Position numbers and translations under genes: made by a program. From the IMG/VR virus record IMGVR_UViG_3300020048_000042, positions 58,313 to 122,312 of that record: a stretch of 64,000 bases of DNA, one strand, 5' to 3'. Every line of letters begins with the position of its first letter. The stretch's first letter is position 1. Positions 51,348 through 61,788 of this stretch are shown piece after piece. Origin of the DNA: a virus. Under the pieces are notes generated by a model. That model was not told where the DNA came from, did no database searches, and saw only the letters and a list, made by a program, of their open reading frames with translations.

Positions 51348-53552
51348 ATGTTTAGAAGTATACCAACATACGATTATCAAGAAGATTCTTGGAGTCATAC
51401 AGAGTTTGAAACACAAGAAGAACTTTTAGCGTATTTATTACCACTTTTTAAAGAACCAGGTAAATATGAATTTGATGAATGTTCACTTACATTCAATGCA
51501 GAAGCGCGAAAGTTTAACAAAGATAGAGTCTATTGTATTGCACCAGAACGATCTAAAGATTTTGTGACATATTGGAATACAGAAAAGGAGAAATGTAGAA
51601 CAGGAGTATTGTATAAAAACAAAGGTAATGTCTGGTATCTTCCACGAGATTACTACATGTGGTTGAACTTCTTACCTATCTACAACAAAGAAGTAAATAG
51701 ATTTACATTTGCTGATGTGCGTGATGCTCAATATCACATGGCATTGTATGAGGCACTAGCACAACTTTCAAATAAACATGCAGGCATCTTAAAGAAACGT
51801 CAAATTGCGTCTTCCTATTATCATGCAGGTAAGATTATAAATCTGTTTTACTTTGAAGAGGGTTCTGTGTCTAAGATGGCAGGATCACTTAAAGATTATA
51901 TCAATGAAAAAGGAACATGGCGTTTTCTTGAAGAGTATCGCAATTTCTTAAACAAACATACAGCTTGGTATCGTCCTTGTAATCCTGATAAGGTACTTAA
52001 CTGGGAACAGAAAGCTGAGATTACACAAGGAGGACGTAAAGTAGATATTGGTTTAAAATCAGTTCTCATAGGACTGGTATTAGAAAAAGACCCAACAAAT
52101 GGAGTAGGGGGACCTTGCACATTCTTTTTTCATGAGGAAGCAGGGATTGCACCTAAGATGAATACAACACTAGAGTATTTGTTACCTGCAATGAAGTCAG
52201 GTATGATGTACACAGGAATGTTTGTTGTTGCAGGATCAGTAGGTGACTTGGATCAGTGTGAACCATTGAAAGATATGATTCTTAATCCTGATTCAAAAGA
52301 CATCTTTGCAGTTGAAACAAACTTGCTTGATGATAAAGGTACAAAAGGATTATGTGGTTTGTTTATTCCAGAGCAATGGTCAATGCTTCCATGCATAGAT
52401 GATTATGGAAACTCCCAAGTAGAAAAAGCTTTGGAGATGATCATTGAAGAACGCATTGACTGGAAAAAGAAATTAAAACCTGAAGATTTTAGACTACGTA
52501 TTTCTCAGAAACCTATTAACATCAAAGAGGCTTTTGATTATAGAAAAGAAGCAAGATTTCCTGAGCATTTAGTTGCACAACAAATAAGACGTATAGAAGA
52601 CAAGGAGTATCCTACAGAATACGTAGATCTTATGTGGGAAGAAGATAAGATTGTACAAAAACCTTCGCGTAAAATTCCAATCATGGAGTTTCCTATTTCA
52701 CCTAAGACAGAGAACAAAGAAAGCGTAATTGTTATTTATGAAAAACCAATTGCCAATCCAAAGTTTGGAATGTATTATGCATCTATTGACCCTGTATCTG
52801 AAGGAAAAACAACAACATCAGAATCATTATGTTCCATATTTGTTTACAAGACTTCACAGGAAGTAACTGTTCATAAGAAAGATGGATCAATTGAATCTCA
52901 CATTGAAAGAGACAAGATTGTTGCTTCTTGGTGTGGACGATTTGATGACTTAAAGAAAACACACGAGCGTCTTGAACTAATTATTGAATACTATAATGCT
53001 TGGACAATTGTTGAAAATAACGTCCACTTGTTTCTTCAATACATGATTCAAAGACGTAAGCAAAAATATTTAGTACCTAAAAGTCAAATCATGTTCTTAA
53101 AGGAACTTGGAAGTAACAACAATGTCTTTCAAGAATATGGCTGGAGAAATACAGGTGTACTATTTAAAGCAAATTTGGTTTCATATGCTATACAATTCCT
53201 TGAAGAAGAAATAGATGTGCAAACAAAACCAGATGGTACAATAACAAAAGTGACTTATGGTGTGGAAAGAATACCAGACATTATGTTATTAAAAGAGATG
53301 CAAGCATATAGGGATGGACTTAACGTTGACCGCTTGGTTGCGTTCTGTGCACTGGTAGCTTTTGCCAGAGTACAAGAATCTAACAGAGGTTTTACAAAAC
53401 GTTTAGAACATGAAAACCCTAATGACTTGCAAAAGATAAATAAAAATGCTAACTTATTTACGAGTCCATTTCGTCATTTGAGCAACAATTCAGCAAAGAC
53501 TGAATCATCTTCAATGAAGAAACCAAGGAATCCATTTAAAAATATGAGATAA
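51348..53552 (+). CDS. terL: terminase large subunit
   Basis: Crassvirales-type Walker A LKKRQIASSY, Walker B FFHEEAG, nuclease YASIDPV; ATG 51348 (ORF track starts at TTG 51327). Confidence 0.92.
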   Translation: MFRSIPTYDYQEDSWSHTEFETQEELLAYLLPLFKEPGKYEFDECSLTFNAEARKFNKDRVYCIAPERSKDFVTYWNTEKEKCRTGVLYKNKGNVWYLPRDYYMWLNFLPIYNKEVNRFTFADVRDAQYHMALYEALAQLSNKHAGILKKRQIASSYYHAGKIINLFYFEEGSVSKMAGSLKDYINEKGTWRFLEEYRNFLNKHTAWYRPCNPDKVLNWEQKAEITQGGRKVDIGLKSVLIGLVLEKDPTNGVGGPCTFFFHEEAGIAPKMNTTLEYLLPAMKSGMMYTGMFVVAGSVGDLDQCEPLKDMILNPDSKDIFAVETNLLDDKGTKGLCGLFIPEQWSMLPCIDDYGNSQVEKALEMIIEERIDWKKKLKPEDFRLRISQKPINIKEAFDYRKEARFPEHLVAQQIRRIEDKEYPTEYVDLMWEEDKIVQKPSRKIPIMEFPISPKTENKESVIVIYEKPIANPKFGMYYASIDPVSEGKTTTSESLCSIFVYKTSQEVTVHKKDGSIESHIERDKIVASWCGRFDDLKKTHERLELIIEYYNAWTIVENNVHLFLQYMIQRRKQKYLVPKSQIMFLKELGSNNNVFQEYGWRNTGVLFKANLVSYAIQFLEEEIDVQTKPDGTITKVTYGVERIPDIMLLKEMQAYRDGLNVDRLVAFCALVAFARVQESNRGFTKRLEHENPNDLQKINKNANLFTSPFRHLSNNSAKTESSSMKKPRNPFKNMR

Positions 53553-53553
53553 T

Positions 53554-56283
53554 ATGCAAGTATTTAATGCAATGCAGTTGAAGAAAGGCGCAAAAGTTGA
53601 CTTCAACAAAATGGGTACATTTACTCAACCTGTTCAATTTCTACCTTCAAAGGATAAAAATGAAGCGTGGGGTGCATGGAACATGGACTGGTATGAAATG
53701 CAAGGTTTAAAGCAAATACGTCGTAACGCACGACGGTTACTCAAGAACTATAAACTTGCAAATGGTATCATTGACAAATCAGACTACATCATTGAGGAAG
53801 ATAATGATATGGCAGAACTTATTGATGTTCTGACAAAAGAGGATAGCTCAGCATTTGAGTTAAAGTTCTTTCCAATTATACCAAACGTTGTAAACGTAAT
53901 GGTTGGTGAGTTTGCAAAACGCAATGATAAAATCATGTACAAGTCTGTAGATGACACATCATATAATGAGATGCTTGAAGAAAAAAGAGCTATGGTTGAA
54001 CAAACCTTAGTATCACAAGCAGAACAAAAAATGAAAATGAAGATCCAAGAAATGGGTCTAAACCAGGAAGATCCAGAGCAAGCAAAACAAGCTGAGCAAA
54101 TGATGGCTCCTGAAACTATTAAAACACTTCCTGAAATTGAAGAGTTTTTCAAAAAGAGTTACAAGTCTTTAGTAGAAGAATGGGCAACTCACCAGCATAA
54201 TGTAGATGAGGAACGTTTTAACATGAAAGAACTTGAAACAGTTGCATTCAGAGATAGTCTAGTTGCTGATAGAGAATTTTGGCATTTTAACATGTTAGAA
54301 GATGATTATGAATTAGAAGTATGGAATCCTGTACTTACATATTACCATAAGTCTCCAGGAGCACGTTACATATCACAGTCAAATTGGGCTGGCAAGATTG
54401 ATTTAATGACTCCTGCTGACGTTATAGATAAATATGGATACATGATGACAGGCGATCAATTAAAGAGCTTAGAGAACATCTATCCTGTTAAATCTGCTGG
54501 GTATATTTTACCAGGTACACAAAATGATGGTTCATTCTATGATCCTACAAAGAGTCACGAATGGAATGTTGAAGGACCTTCATTAGGAATGCGTCAATTT
54601 ACATCATACAGAGACACAGTAAACAATGTTGGCGATGATGTTATTTTAAATATACTTTCTCAATCAGAAGATTTGTTGGATTTTGATAACACAGGATTAC
54701 TTAGGGTAACAACTGGTTATTGGAAATCACAGCGTATGGTTGGCCATCTTACACGAATAGATGAAATGGGTATGCTTGTTGACATGATCATAGACGAGAC
54801 ATACAAGATTACAGAGAAGCCACTTTATGACACAACTGTTATCAAAACTAAATCACGTGACACCTTGGTTTTTGGTGAGCATATTGATTGGATATGGATT
54901 AATCAAACGTGGGGTGGTGTAAAGATTGGACCAAATAGACCAACATTTTATGGCAATACTGACAACTTAAACTTCTCACCATTATATCTTAATGTTGCGC
55001 CAGTTAAGTTTCAGTTTAAAGGTGACTTTACGTTGTATGGTTGTAAGTTACCAATTGAGGGAGCAATCTTCTCAGACAGAAATAGTAAATCAAGATCATT
55101 AGTTGATAAGATGAAACCATATCAGATTGGTTATAACTTAGTTAACAATCAAATTGCTGATATCCTTATTGATGAATTGGGTACAGTTATCATGCTAGAT
55201 CAAAATGCTTTACCACGACATTCAGCTGGTGAAGATTGGGGTCATGGTAATTTTGGAAAAGCATATGTGGCAATGAAGAACTTTGGTATTTTACCATTGG
55301 ATACATCCATTACCAATACAGAAAATGCGCTTAACTTTCAGCATTATCAAGTATTGAATCTTGAGCAGACACAACGTTTGATGGGACGTATTCAACTTGC
55401 TAACCATTTTAAAATGCAATGCTTTGACGCAATTGGTTTATCACCTCAGCGTATGGGAGCTGTAAATGCACAGGAAACTGCACAGGGAGTTGAACAAGCA
55501 ATCAATCAAAGTTATTCGCAAACTGAAATGTACTTTGTACAACACTCAGAATACTTGATGCCTCGCGTGCATCAGATGCGTACAGACTTGGCTCAGTTCT
55601 ACAACTCAAACAAACCAAGTTTACGATTACAATACATGACTACTCTTGATGAAAAGGTAAACTTTGAAATCAATGGTACTGAACTTTTGGCTAGAGATAT
55701 GAATATTTTCATCTCAACAAAAGTTAATCAGAGACAAATCATGGAGCAGATACGTCAGTTAGCAATTAATAACAACACATCTGGAGCATCCATCTATGAC
55801 TTAGGTAACTTGATTAAAGCAGATTCACTTGCAGAGATTACACATACATTAAAAGCTGTAGAAGAAAAAGTTCAAGGTCAGCAACAACAACAAATGCAAG
55901 CTCAACAAGAGACTGAGAAAACACGTCAAGAAGGTGAGACTGCACGTCAAGAAGCAGAGTTAAGATACAAAGCAGAACAAGCACAGCTTGATAGAGACAA
56001 TGATGTTAAAGTTGCTGAAATACGATCTGCAGGATTTACTGCTATGAAAGATTTTAATGAGAATAAGCAGTCAGATTATATTGACACACTTAACTATCTT
56101 GACAAACGTAGTGCTAAAGACAGAGATCAGACAATTGCAGAAAATCGTGAGACTAACAGACTAATTGAAAATCAAACAACAAATGATTTGAAGCGTCAGG
56201 AGATACAATCACGTAAAGAAATTGCAGACAAACAACTACAAATTGCACTTGCAAACAAAAATAAATATGATGCAAAAAAGTAG
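53554..56283 (+). CDS. portal protein
   Basis: 909 aa directly after TerL; FPIIPNVVNVMVGE, C-terminal Q-rich coiled-coil barrel. Confidence 0.88.
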   Translation: MQVFNAMQLKKGAKVDFNKMGTFTQPVQFLPSKDKNEAWGAWNMDWYEMQGLKQIRRNARRLLKNYKLANGIIDKSDYIIEEDNDMAELIDVLTKEDSSAFELKFFPIIPNVVNVMVGEFAKRNDKIMYKSVDDTSYNEMLEEKRAMVEQTLVSQAEQKMKMKIQEMGLNQEDPEQAKQAEQMMAPETIKTLPEIEEFFKKSYKSLVEEWATHQHNVDEERFNMKELETVAFRDSLVADREFWHFNMLEDDYELEVWNPVLTYYHKSPGARYISQSNWAGKIDLMTPADVIDKYGYMMTGDQLKSLENIYPVKSAGYILPGTQNDGSFYDPTKSHEWNVEGPSLGMRQFTSYRDTVNNVGDDVILNILSQSEDLLDFDNTGLLRVTTGYWKSQRMVGHLTRIDEMGMLVDMIIDETYKITEKPLYDTTVIKTKSRDTLVFGEHIDWIWINQTWGGVKIGPNRPTFYGNTDNLNFSPLYLNVAPVKFQFKGDFTLYGCKLPIEGAIFSDRNSKSRSLVDKMKPYQIGYNLVNNQIADILIDELGTVIMLDQNALPRHSAGEDWGHGNFGKAYVAMKNFGILPLDTSITNTENALNFQHYQVLNLEQTQRLMGRIQLANHFKMQCFDAIGLSPQRMGAVNAQETAQGVEQAINQSYSQTEMYFVQHSEYLMPRVHQMRTDLAQFYNSNKPSLRLQYMTTLDEKVNFEINGTELLARDMNIFISTKVNQRQIMEQIRQLAINNNTSGASIYDLGNLIKADSLAEITHTLKAVEEKVQGQQQQQMQAQQETEKTRQEGETARQEAELRYKAEQAQLDRDNDVKVAEIRSAGFTAMKDFNENKQSDYIDTLNYLDKRSAKDRDQTIAENRETNRLIENQTTNDLKRQEIQSRKEIADKQLQIALANKNKYDAKK

Positions 56284-56402
56284 TATAGCGATATAGTGTC
56301 AAAAACTTTATAATTAACTCATTGTTAGTTTAAATTTTTGAAGTTTATTTGCTAAATTAAAATTGAAGGAAGAACACAGAAAAACCATAAAAACAGAAGA
56401 AC

Positions 56403-57644
56403 ATGGAAGATAACAAACAAAGTGCAATGCAAGATATCACTTCAAGTGTAACACTAGATAGTATTGATGATTTTTTACCACTTCCAGGCGCGGAGAGTGT
56501 TGTAACAGCTGATGAAGATGATGAGGGAACTAATTCAATTTTCTCAAAACCTAAACCAGCAGATTTAGGGTTCTTGGATACCTCAACTGAGGATGATGAT
56601 CCTGATAATCCTAAAGCAAAGATTACAAGAGAAGACGTTGACAATGCTTTGTCAGAACTTGATGAAGGTTTGGCAGATGAGGATGACGCAGCAAAGCCTG
56701 GTAGAAAAAAGATTGACAAGAGTGGAATGGTAGAAACATTCTCAAAACTTATTGAAGAAGGAGTTCTTGTAGGTTTTGAAGATGATAAGCCACTTGATGA
56801 TTACTCTATGAAGGATTGGAAAGAATTAATCCAAGCTAACTTAGATGAAAAGGAGAGAGCCTTACGTGAGCAAACTCCAAAAGAGTTCTTTGAAGCATTA
56901 CCTGAAGAATTGCAATATGCTGCAGAGTATGTTGCTAAAGGTGGAAAAGATATGAAAGGATTGTTCAGAGCATTGTCTCAAGTAGAAGAACAACGTTCAT
57001 TGGATCCACGTAATGAAGAACATCAAGAAGTTATTGTTCGTCAGTACTTAGCAGCAACAAACTTTGGAAATGGTGATCAAGCATTGATTGAAGATCAAAT
57101 TGAAGACTGGGTTAGCAGTGGTACAATTGCCAAACGTGCTAATCAGTTCAAACCAAAGTTGGATGATATGCAAGCGCAAGTATTGCAATCCAAACTTGCA
57201 CAACAAGAACAGTACAAGTTACAACAACAACAGCAGAAAGATGTGTATATGGAAAACATATACAACACATTAAAGCCTGCAGATTTGAATGGTCTTAAAA
57301 TAGATGGTAAACGTCAAAAGTTCTTATGGGACGAATTAACAGGTCTTAAGTACCAAAGTCTACAAGGACGTTCAACAAATCTTTTAGGAAAGTTGCTAGA
57401 AGATTATCAGTTCAGCGATAAACCTCGCTATGATCTGATTGCAGAAACCCTTTGGTTATTATCTGATCCTGACGATTACAAGGAACAAATCAGAAAACAA
57501 GCAAGAAATGAGGCAACTCAAGATACAGTGAAAAAGTTAAAGTCAGAAGAAGCAAGACGATTGTCTTCTACAGTACGTGAAGAACAAGATGAACCACGTT
57601 CAAAGAAAGGACTTAACAAACCACGCAACATATTTAGTAGATAA
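56403..57644 (+). CDS. capsid scaffolding/assembly protein
   Basis: Acidic, low-complexity N-terminus and helical C-terminus, between portal and MCP. Confidence 0.6.
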   Translation: MEDNKQSAMQDITSSVTLDSIDDFLPLPGAESVVTADEDDEGTNSIFSKPKPADLGFLDTSTEDDDPDNPKAKITREDVDNALSELDEGLADEDDAAKPGRKKIDKSGMVETFSKLIEEGVLVGFEDDKPLDDYSMKDWKELIQANLDEKERALREQTPKEFFEALPEELQYAAEYVAKGGKDMKGLFRALSQVEEQRSLDPRNEEHQEVIVRQYLAATNFGNGDQALIEDQIEDWVSSGTIAKRANQFKPKLDDMQAQVLQSKLAQQEQYKLQQQQQKDVYMENIYNTLKPADLNGLKIDGKRQKFLWDELTGLKYQSLQGRSTNLLGKLLEDYQFSDKPRYDLIAETLWLLSDPDDYKEQIRKQARNEATQDTVKKLKSEEARRLSSTVREEQDEPRSKKGLNKPRNIFSR

Positions 57645-57679
57645 AAAACAATTAATATTAACTCTAAAATAAACAACAA

Positions 57680-59314
57680 ATGGCAACACCAGTTTTAAAC
57701 AACGGTCTGTTTCTAAGAGATACCAAGTACAAGGTATCATCTCACTTAGACTCATATCACCTTGTGAACATGTTGAAGTCAGCTGAGCCTATGGATTTAG
57801 GACCAGTTGATCTTTGGGCAATGTCACAGAAAGTAGAAATGCCTCTTTACCAAATGTCTTCATTTGGAGGTAAAAACACAATTTTGGTAGACACACCACG
57901 TGGCGAGTACAAGTGGCAAACTCCAATTGTACAGGATTTACCTTACATTACAGAAGATGTTGAAAATACTGCTTCAGTACTTGGTCAAGATGGAACTACT
58001 TTTAAAATCAAACTAAACCGTCGTGTATTTGGACATGGTGACATTGTCACTTATGACAAGTATCGTGGTTTGGAATTGTACGTAACAGCTGATGACATTT
58101 TACCTTCAGCAGATGGTTTCATCTACACAGTTCAGTTGGTAAACAACAACAACAATGCATCATTGGATCACAAATACTTGAAGCCTGGAACTAAGTTCTT
58201 TAGAAAAGGTTCTGCTCGTGGAGAGTATGGTGAAAGATTCTCTGACATTGGTGAATTGTCAAATGGTTTCCGTGAGTACTACAACTTTGTTGGTGGTGCT
58301 GAAGCTCACGTACACTATTCAGTTTCTTCTCGTGCAGAGATGATGTTGAAAGGTGGTTTGAACGCAGACGGTTCAGTTCCTGTAACTGAGATATGGAGAT
58401 CATTTGATCAAAACATGGATCCATCTATCGCAAACATTGACCAAATGTTAGCAGTAATGGGTAAAGAGTACATCAAAAAAGCATATGACAATGGTTCATT
58501 GACACGTTCTTTCTTGACGAAAATGGAAGCTGCTCACTTGACTAAGATTGCTACTGACATTGAGACTTACTTAATGTGGGGACAAGGTGGTCGTATCAAG
58601 CAAGATGGTCCAGATGATATTCGTTTATCTGTTGGACTTTGGGCACAATTGGATAACTCTTTCAAACGTATCTACAACAAATCAGGATTTACTCTTGAGT
58701 TGTTCCGTTCAGAGATATTCAACTTCTTCAATGGAAAAGTTGAGTTCAAAGGACCAGATCCACAACGTCAATTGATTGTTCAAACTGGTATGGCTGGTAT
58801 GAAATTGATCAACGAGGCAATCAAGAAAGAAGCATTTGGTATGGGTACAAGCACTATCCTTAACATGGATAAGAGTGGTGTTAACGCAGTATCTGGTACT
58901 AACGCTATGGACTTGAACTTTGGATTTGCATTTACAAGCTACACAATTCCTTTCTTGGCAAATGTGAAATTTGTAATCAACTCTGCGTTTGACAATGTTC
59001 ATACAAATGACATTGAAAATCCAATCATTGATGGTTTCCCATTGTCTTCTTACAATTTTATTATCTTTGATATCACTGATAACACAAATGACAACATCTT
59101 CTTGTTGAAATTGAAGTGGGATAATGAATTGAAATGGTTCTACCAAAATGGAACTATGGACTACATGGGTCGTTCACAAGGATTCCAGTCTTCTGGTAAC
59201 TTCAATGGATACCGTGTAATGATGACACAAACAATGCCTTCTATTTGGGTGAAAGATCCAACTAAGGTATTGAAGATTGTTATGAGAAACCCAATCACTG
59301 GTGGATCATTCTAA
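57680..59314 (+). CDS. major capsid protein (crAss-like, HK97 fold)
   Basis: 544 aa, strong codon bias, LMWGQGG, GLWAQL, QTGMAG, C-terminal NPITGGSF; position after scaffold. Confidence 0.88.
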   Translation: MATPVLNNGLFLRDTKYKVSSHLDSYHLVNMLKSAEPMDLGPVDLWAMSQKVEMPLYQMSSFGGKNTILVDTPRGEYKWQTPIVQDLPYITEDVENTASVLGQDGTTFKIKLNRRVFGHGDIVTYDKYRGLELYVTADDILPSADGFIYTVQLVNNNNNASLDHKYLKPGTKFFRKGSARGEYGERFSDIGELSNGFREYYNFVGGAEAHVHYSVSSRAEMMLKGGLNADGSVPVTEIWRSFDQNMDPSIANIDQMLAVMGKEYIKKAYDNGSLTRSFLTKMEAAHLTKIATDIETYLMWGQGGRIKQDGPDDIRLSVGLWAQLDNSFKRIYNKSGFTLELFRSEIFNFFNGKVEFKGPDPQRQLIVQTGMAGMKLINEAIKKEAFGMGTSTILNMDKSGVNAVSGTNAMDLNFGFAFTSYTIPFLANVKFVINSAFDNVHTNDIENPIIDGFPLSSYNFIIFDITDNTNDNIFLLKLKWDNELKWFYQNGTMDYMGRSQGFQSSGNFNGYRVMMTQTMPSIWVKDPTKVLKIVMRNPITGGSF

Positions 59315-59332
59315 TCTGAAAATATAAATGAT

Positions 59333-59468
59333 AGTGAGGAGTAGCAATATTCCTCACTTCATTAACGAGGCTCCACTCCTCAATATCAGAGTTCTCTGAT
59401 TGAAGCACAAGCTGGGAGAGATTTCATTTCTCTCAGTTACTCTTGAAAGTAACAGCCGTGACGTGGCT
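59333..59468 (+). ncRNA. array of five tandem hairpins after the MCP gene
   Basis: Stems 59333-40/59351-58, 59385-91/59394-400, 59416-21/59429-34, 59436-41/59448-53, 59454-57/59465-68. Confidence 0.45.
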
Positions 59469-59558
59469 CAAGAGCTTAAGTAGCAGAAATGCGAAAACCA
59501 ATGTTACAAAAAACAAAAGAAGAAAGAAAGAAAAACCAACACAAAAAAAACAGAACAG

Positions 59559-60575
59559 ATGGAAAACATGACAGTAGTTGAAACAGACAGAAATTTAAAG
59601 CGCAAAAGCACAGTGTCAATTAGACCTTTTTGTGACAGATCAAACCCAAACATGGGTCTTGAGAAAAATGATATGGTTGTATTTGAAGGTGTAGTTCATG
59701 AGGAATCATTGGCATGCTTAGAGTACAATGGAGTTAAACGTTATTTGACAGGGTTAAACGAATTTGCACCTGAAATCAAAGCACTACCAGAAGAGCAACG
59801 TGAGGCAGTTATCAAAGATATCAGATCAACAGTTGCACAATTAGAAAGCGAATTAGCTTCAAACGTGGTTGATCCTAAAGATAGTGACTTCTGGAACAAG
59901 ATTAAATTGCTGAGACCAGATAACGCTGACTTTTGGGATAAGATTGTTATGCGTTTTGGTAATGAGCCTGTATTCTTGGATCCTGTAATTGATCCATATG
60001 ACTTGATCAAACTAAGAGCAATTGAAGCTGGAGGATTTTCTCTTGTAGCAAAATCTCTAGATCATGCAAGAAACACAGCGTCATTCAAATTTTATTTAGA
60101 TAAGTTTGAAGAGACAGCAGGAATCAAGACTGAAGTTAAAAAATTGCGTAACAAAGCTCTTGCAGAACTTCAAAAATTATTTGACAAAAACACTAACAAG
60201 CTATTCTTAGTTTGTAAAGTGATTGACATAGACTCTACACAATACAACAAGTCTACACCAAACGATATTTTATACGATCACATGGATGATTATATCAATG
60301 GTAAGAGTGTTGATAGAGACAAGAAAAAAACTGCAGCTCGTTTCTTAGAAGTATCAGGTTATGATATGGAAACTTTGAAATTAAGAGCAATAGTAAAAGA
60401 TGGTAACTATTACAAAACAATTGCAACACGTGGTGATGGCAACATCTATCATATGAAGACTGGAGCAATGTTAGGTAAAACTCCATCAGATGTTATTGAG
60501 TACTTGAAAAATCCTCTTAATGATGAGATTTTGATGGACATGGTAAAAACTGTTGAACAATATTGGAATAGCTAA
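59559..60575 (+). CDS. conserved crAss-like protein downstream of MCP
   Basis: 338-aa ORF; synteny with Crassvirales late operon. Confidence 0.7.
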   Translation: MENMTVVETDRNLKRKSTVSIRPFCDRSNPNMGLEKNDMVVFEGVVHEESLACLEYNGVKRYLTGLNEFAPEIKALPEEQREAVIKDIRSTVAQLESELASNVVDPKDSDFWNKIKLLRPDNADFWDKIVMRFGNEPVFLDPVIDPYDLIKLRAIEAGGFSLVAKSLDHARNTASFKFYLDKFEETAGIKTEVKKLRNKALAELQKLFDKNTNKLFLVCKVIDIDSTQYNKSTPNDILYDHMDDYINGKSVDRDKKKTAARFLEVSGYDMETLKLRAIVKDGNYYKTIATRGDGNIYHMKTGAMLGKTPSDVIEYLKNPLNDEILMDMVKTVEQYWNS

Positions 60576-61276
60576 TGAACAACAATCTGCTTAGAATAAA
60601 GATCAATGAACGCTTGAATAAACTTGCGTCATTTGACTATGACAACATTGAGTGTTGGCAAATTACTGAAGCATTTAATAAAGCTCAGTTGGAATGGATC
60701 AGAAGACAAATTCATATTAGTCCTGGTCATACTGATTCTGATGAGTCTTCTAAAATGCAGATTGATGATGTTCAAAACATTCTTCTCACAAAAGAAGTGA
60801 CTGTTGCTAAAAAAGATTTATTCTATGAGACAGACTTGTTACCAGATGACTATTTGTATTTTAAAAGAGTATCAATAAAAGGAGTTAAAGATTGCTGCCC
60901 ACCAAGAGCATTTACAATTTATCTTGATCAAGCAGCTGATGTTGACAATCTTTTAGGAGATGAATTTAAAAGACCAAGTTGGGAATGGGGTGAATCTTTT
61001 TGTACAATGCAAAGTAATAGAATTCGCATCTACACAAACAATCAGTTTGAAGTTGTTGAACCTTTTTTGACATATTACAGAAAGCCTGTAAACATTGAAT
61101 TTCAAGGTTGTATTGATCCTTCAACAGGAATAGCATCAGCAGCAGATGTAGAATGCGAATTTAAAGATGATGTTGTAGAACTTATGATTGACAATACAGT
61201 TTCAATTATAGCTGGTGACATTGAGTCTTTCAACCAAATGAGCAGAGCACAACAGAACGAAGCAATGAATGACTAA
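60575..61276 (+). CDS. virion tail ring/adaptor-like protein
   Basis: LNKLASFDYDN...FNKAQLEWI, LTYYRKP, CEF.DDV..L; synteny. Confidence 0.6.
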   Translation: MNNNLLRIKINERLNKLASFDYDNIECWQITEAFNKAQLEWIRRQIHISPGHTDSDESSKMQIDDVQNILLTKEVTVAKKDLFYETDLLPDDYLYFKRVSIKGVKDCCPPRAFTIYLDQAADVDNLLGDEFKRPSWEWGESFCTMQSNRIRIYTNNQFEVVEPFLTYYRKPVNIEFQGCIDPSTGIASAADVECEFKDDVVELMIDNTVSIIAGDIESFNQMSRAQQNEAMND

Positions 61277-61288
61277 AATATAGAAAAA

Positions 61289-61756
61289 ATGGATATGGAT
61301 TTTACAGGACCTTACGCACTTAAAAGAAGATCACTAGTAAATGGTGATCGTGAATCTAAGTCGCAGTACCCAGTTGATGATGAAGTTGCAGAATTTGCAG
61401 AAGAGATTATGCTTGCTGCAGTAGCTTTTCACAAGTTACATTTAAAGATAAAAGATTTAGGATCTTACGCTGCGCATGTAACACTTAATGACTTATATGA
61501 TGCGTTACCTGGACATGCTGACAGCTTAGTTGAAGGCTATCAGGGAGCTGTAGAAAGAATTGTTGAGTGCAAAGAAGAAAATAAATGCGCAAAAGCTTTG
61601 AATTCTGTAGAAGATGCATTATCTTATATACGAGAGCTGGTAGATGAGACATGCGAATTGCAAGCAATGATGCCTTACAGTGAAATAGTAAACGAACTAG
61701 ACACTTTGAAATCATCATTGAACTCAGCCAAATACAAGCTCAAATTTTTGAAATAG
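61289..61756 (+). CDS. ferritin/Dps-like four-helix protein (DUF5856-like)
   Basis: HKLHL...SYAAH..L.DLYD.L..HAD.LVE.YQG...NELD...S..N.AKYKL. Confidence 0.7.
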   Translation: MDMDFTGPYALKRRSLVNGDRESKSQYPVDDEVAEFAEEIMLAAVAFHKLHLKIKDLGSYAAHVTLNDLYDALPGHADSLVEGYQGAVERIVECKEENKCAKALNSVEDALSYIRELVDETCELQAMMPYSEIVNELDTLKSSLNSAKYKLKFLK

Positions 61757-61788
61757 TTTTTTTTTGTTTAATTTAAAATATAATAAGT

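Noticed and set aside
8137-59314. Inteins or self-splicing introns in polymerase, RNR, helicase, TerL or MCP
   Set aside because: Protein lengths are typical, and no intein C/S...HN-C/S/T junctions or reading-frame breaks are visible
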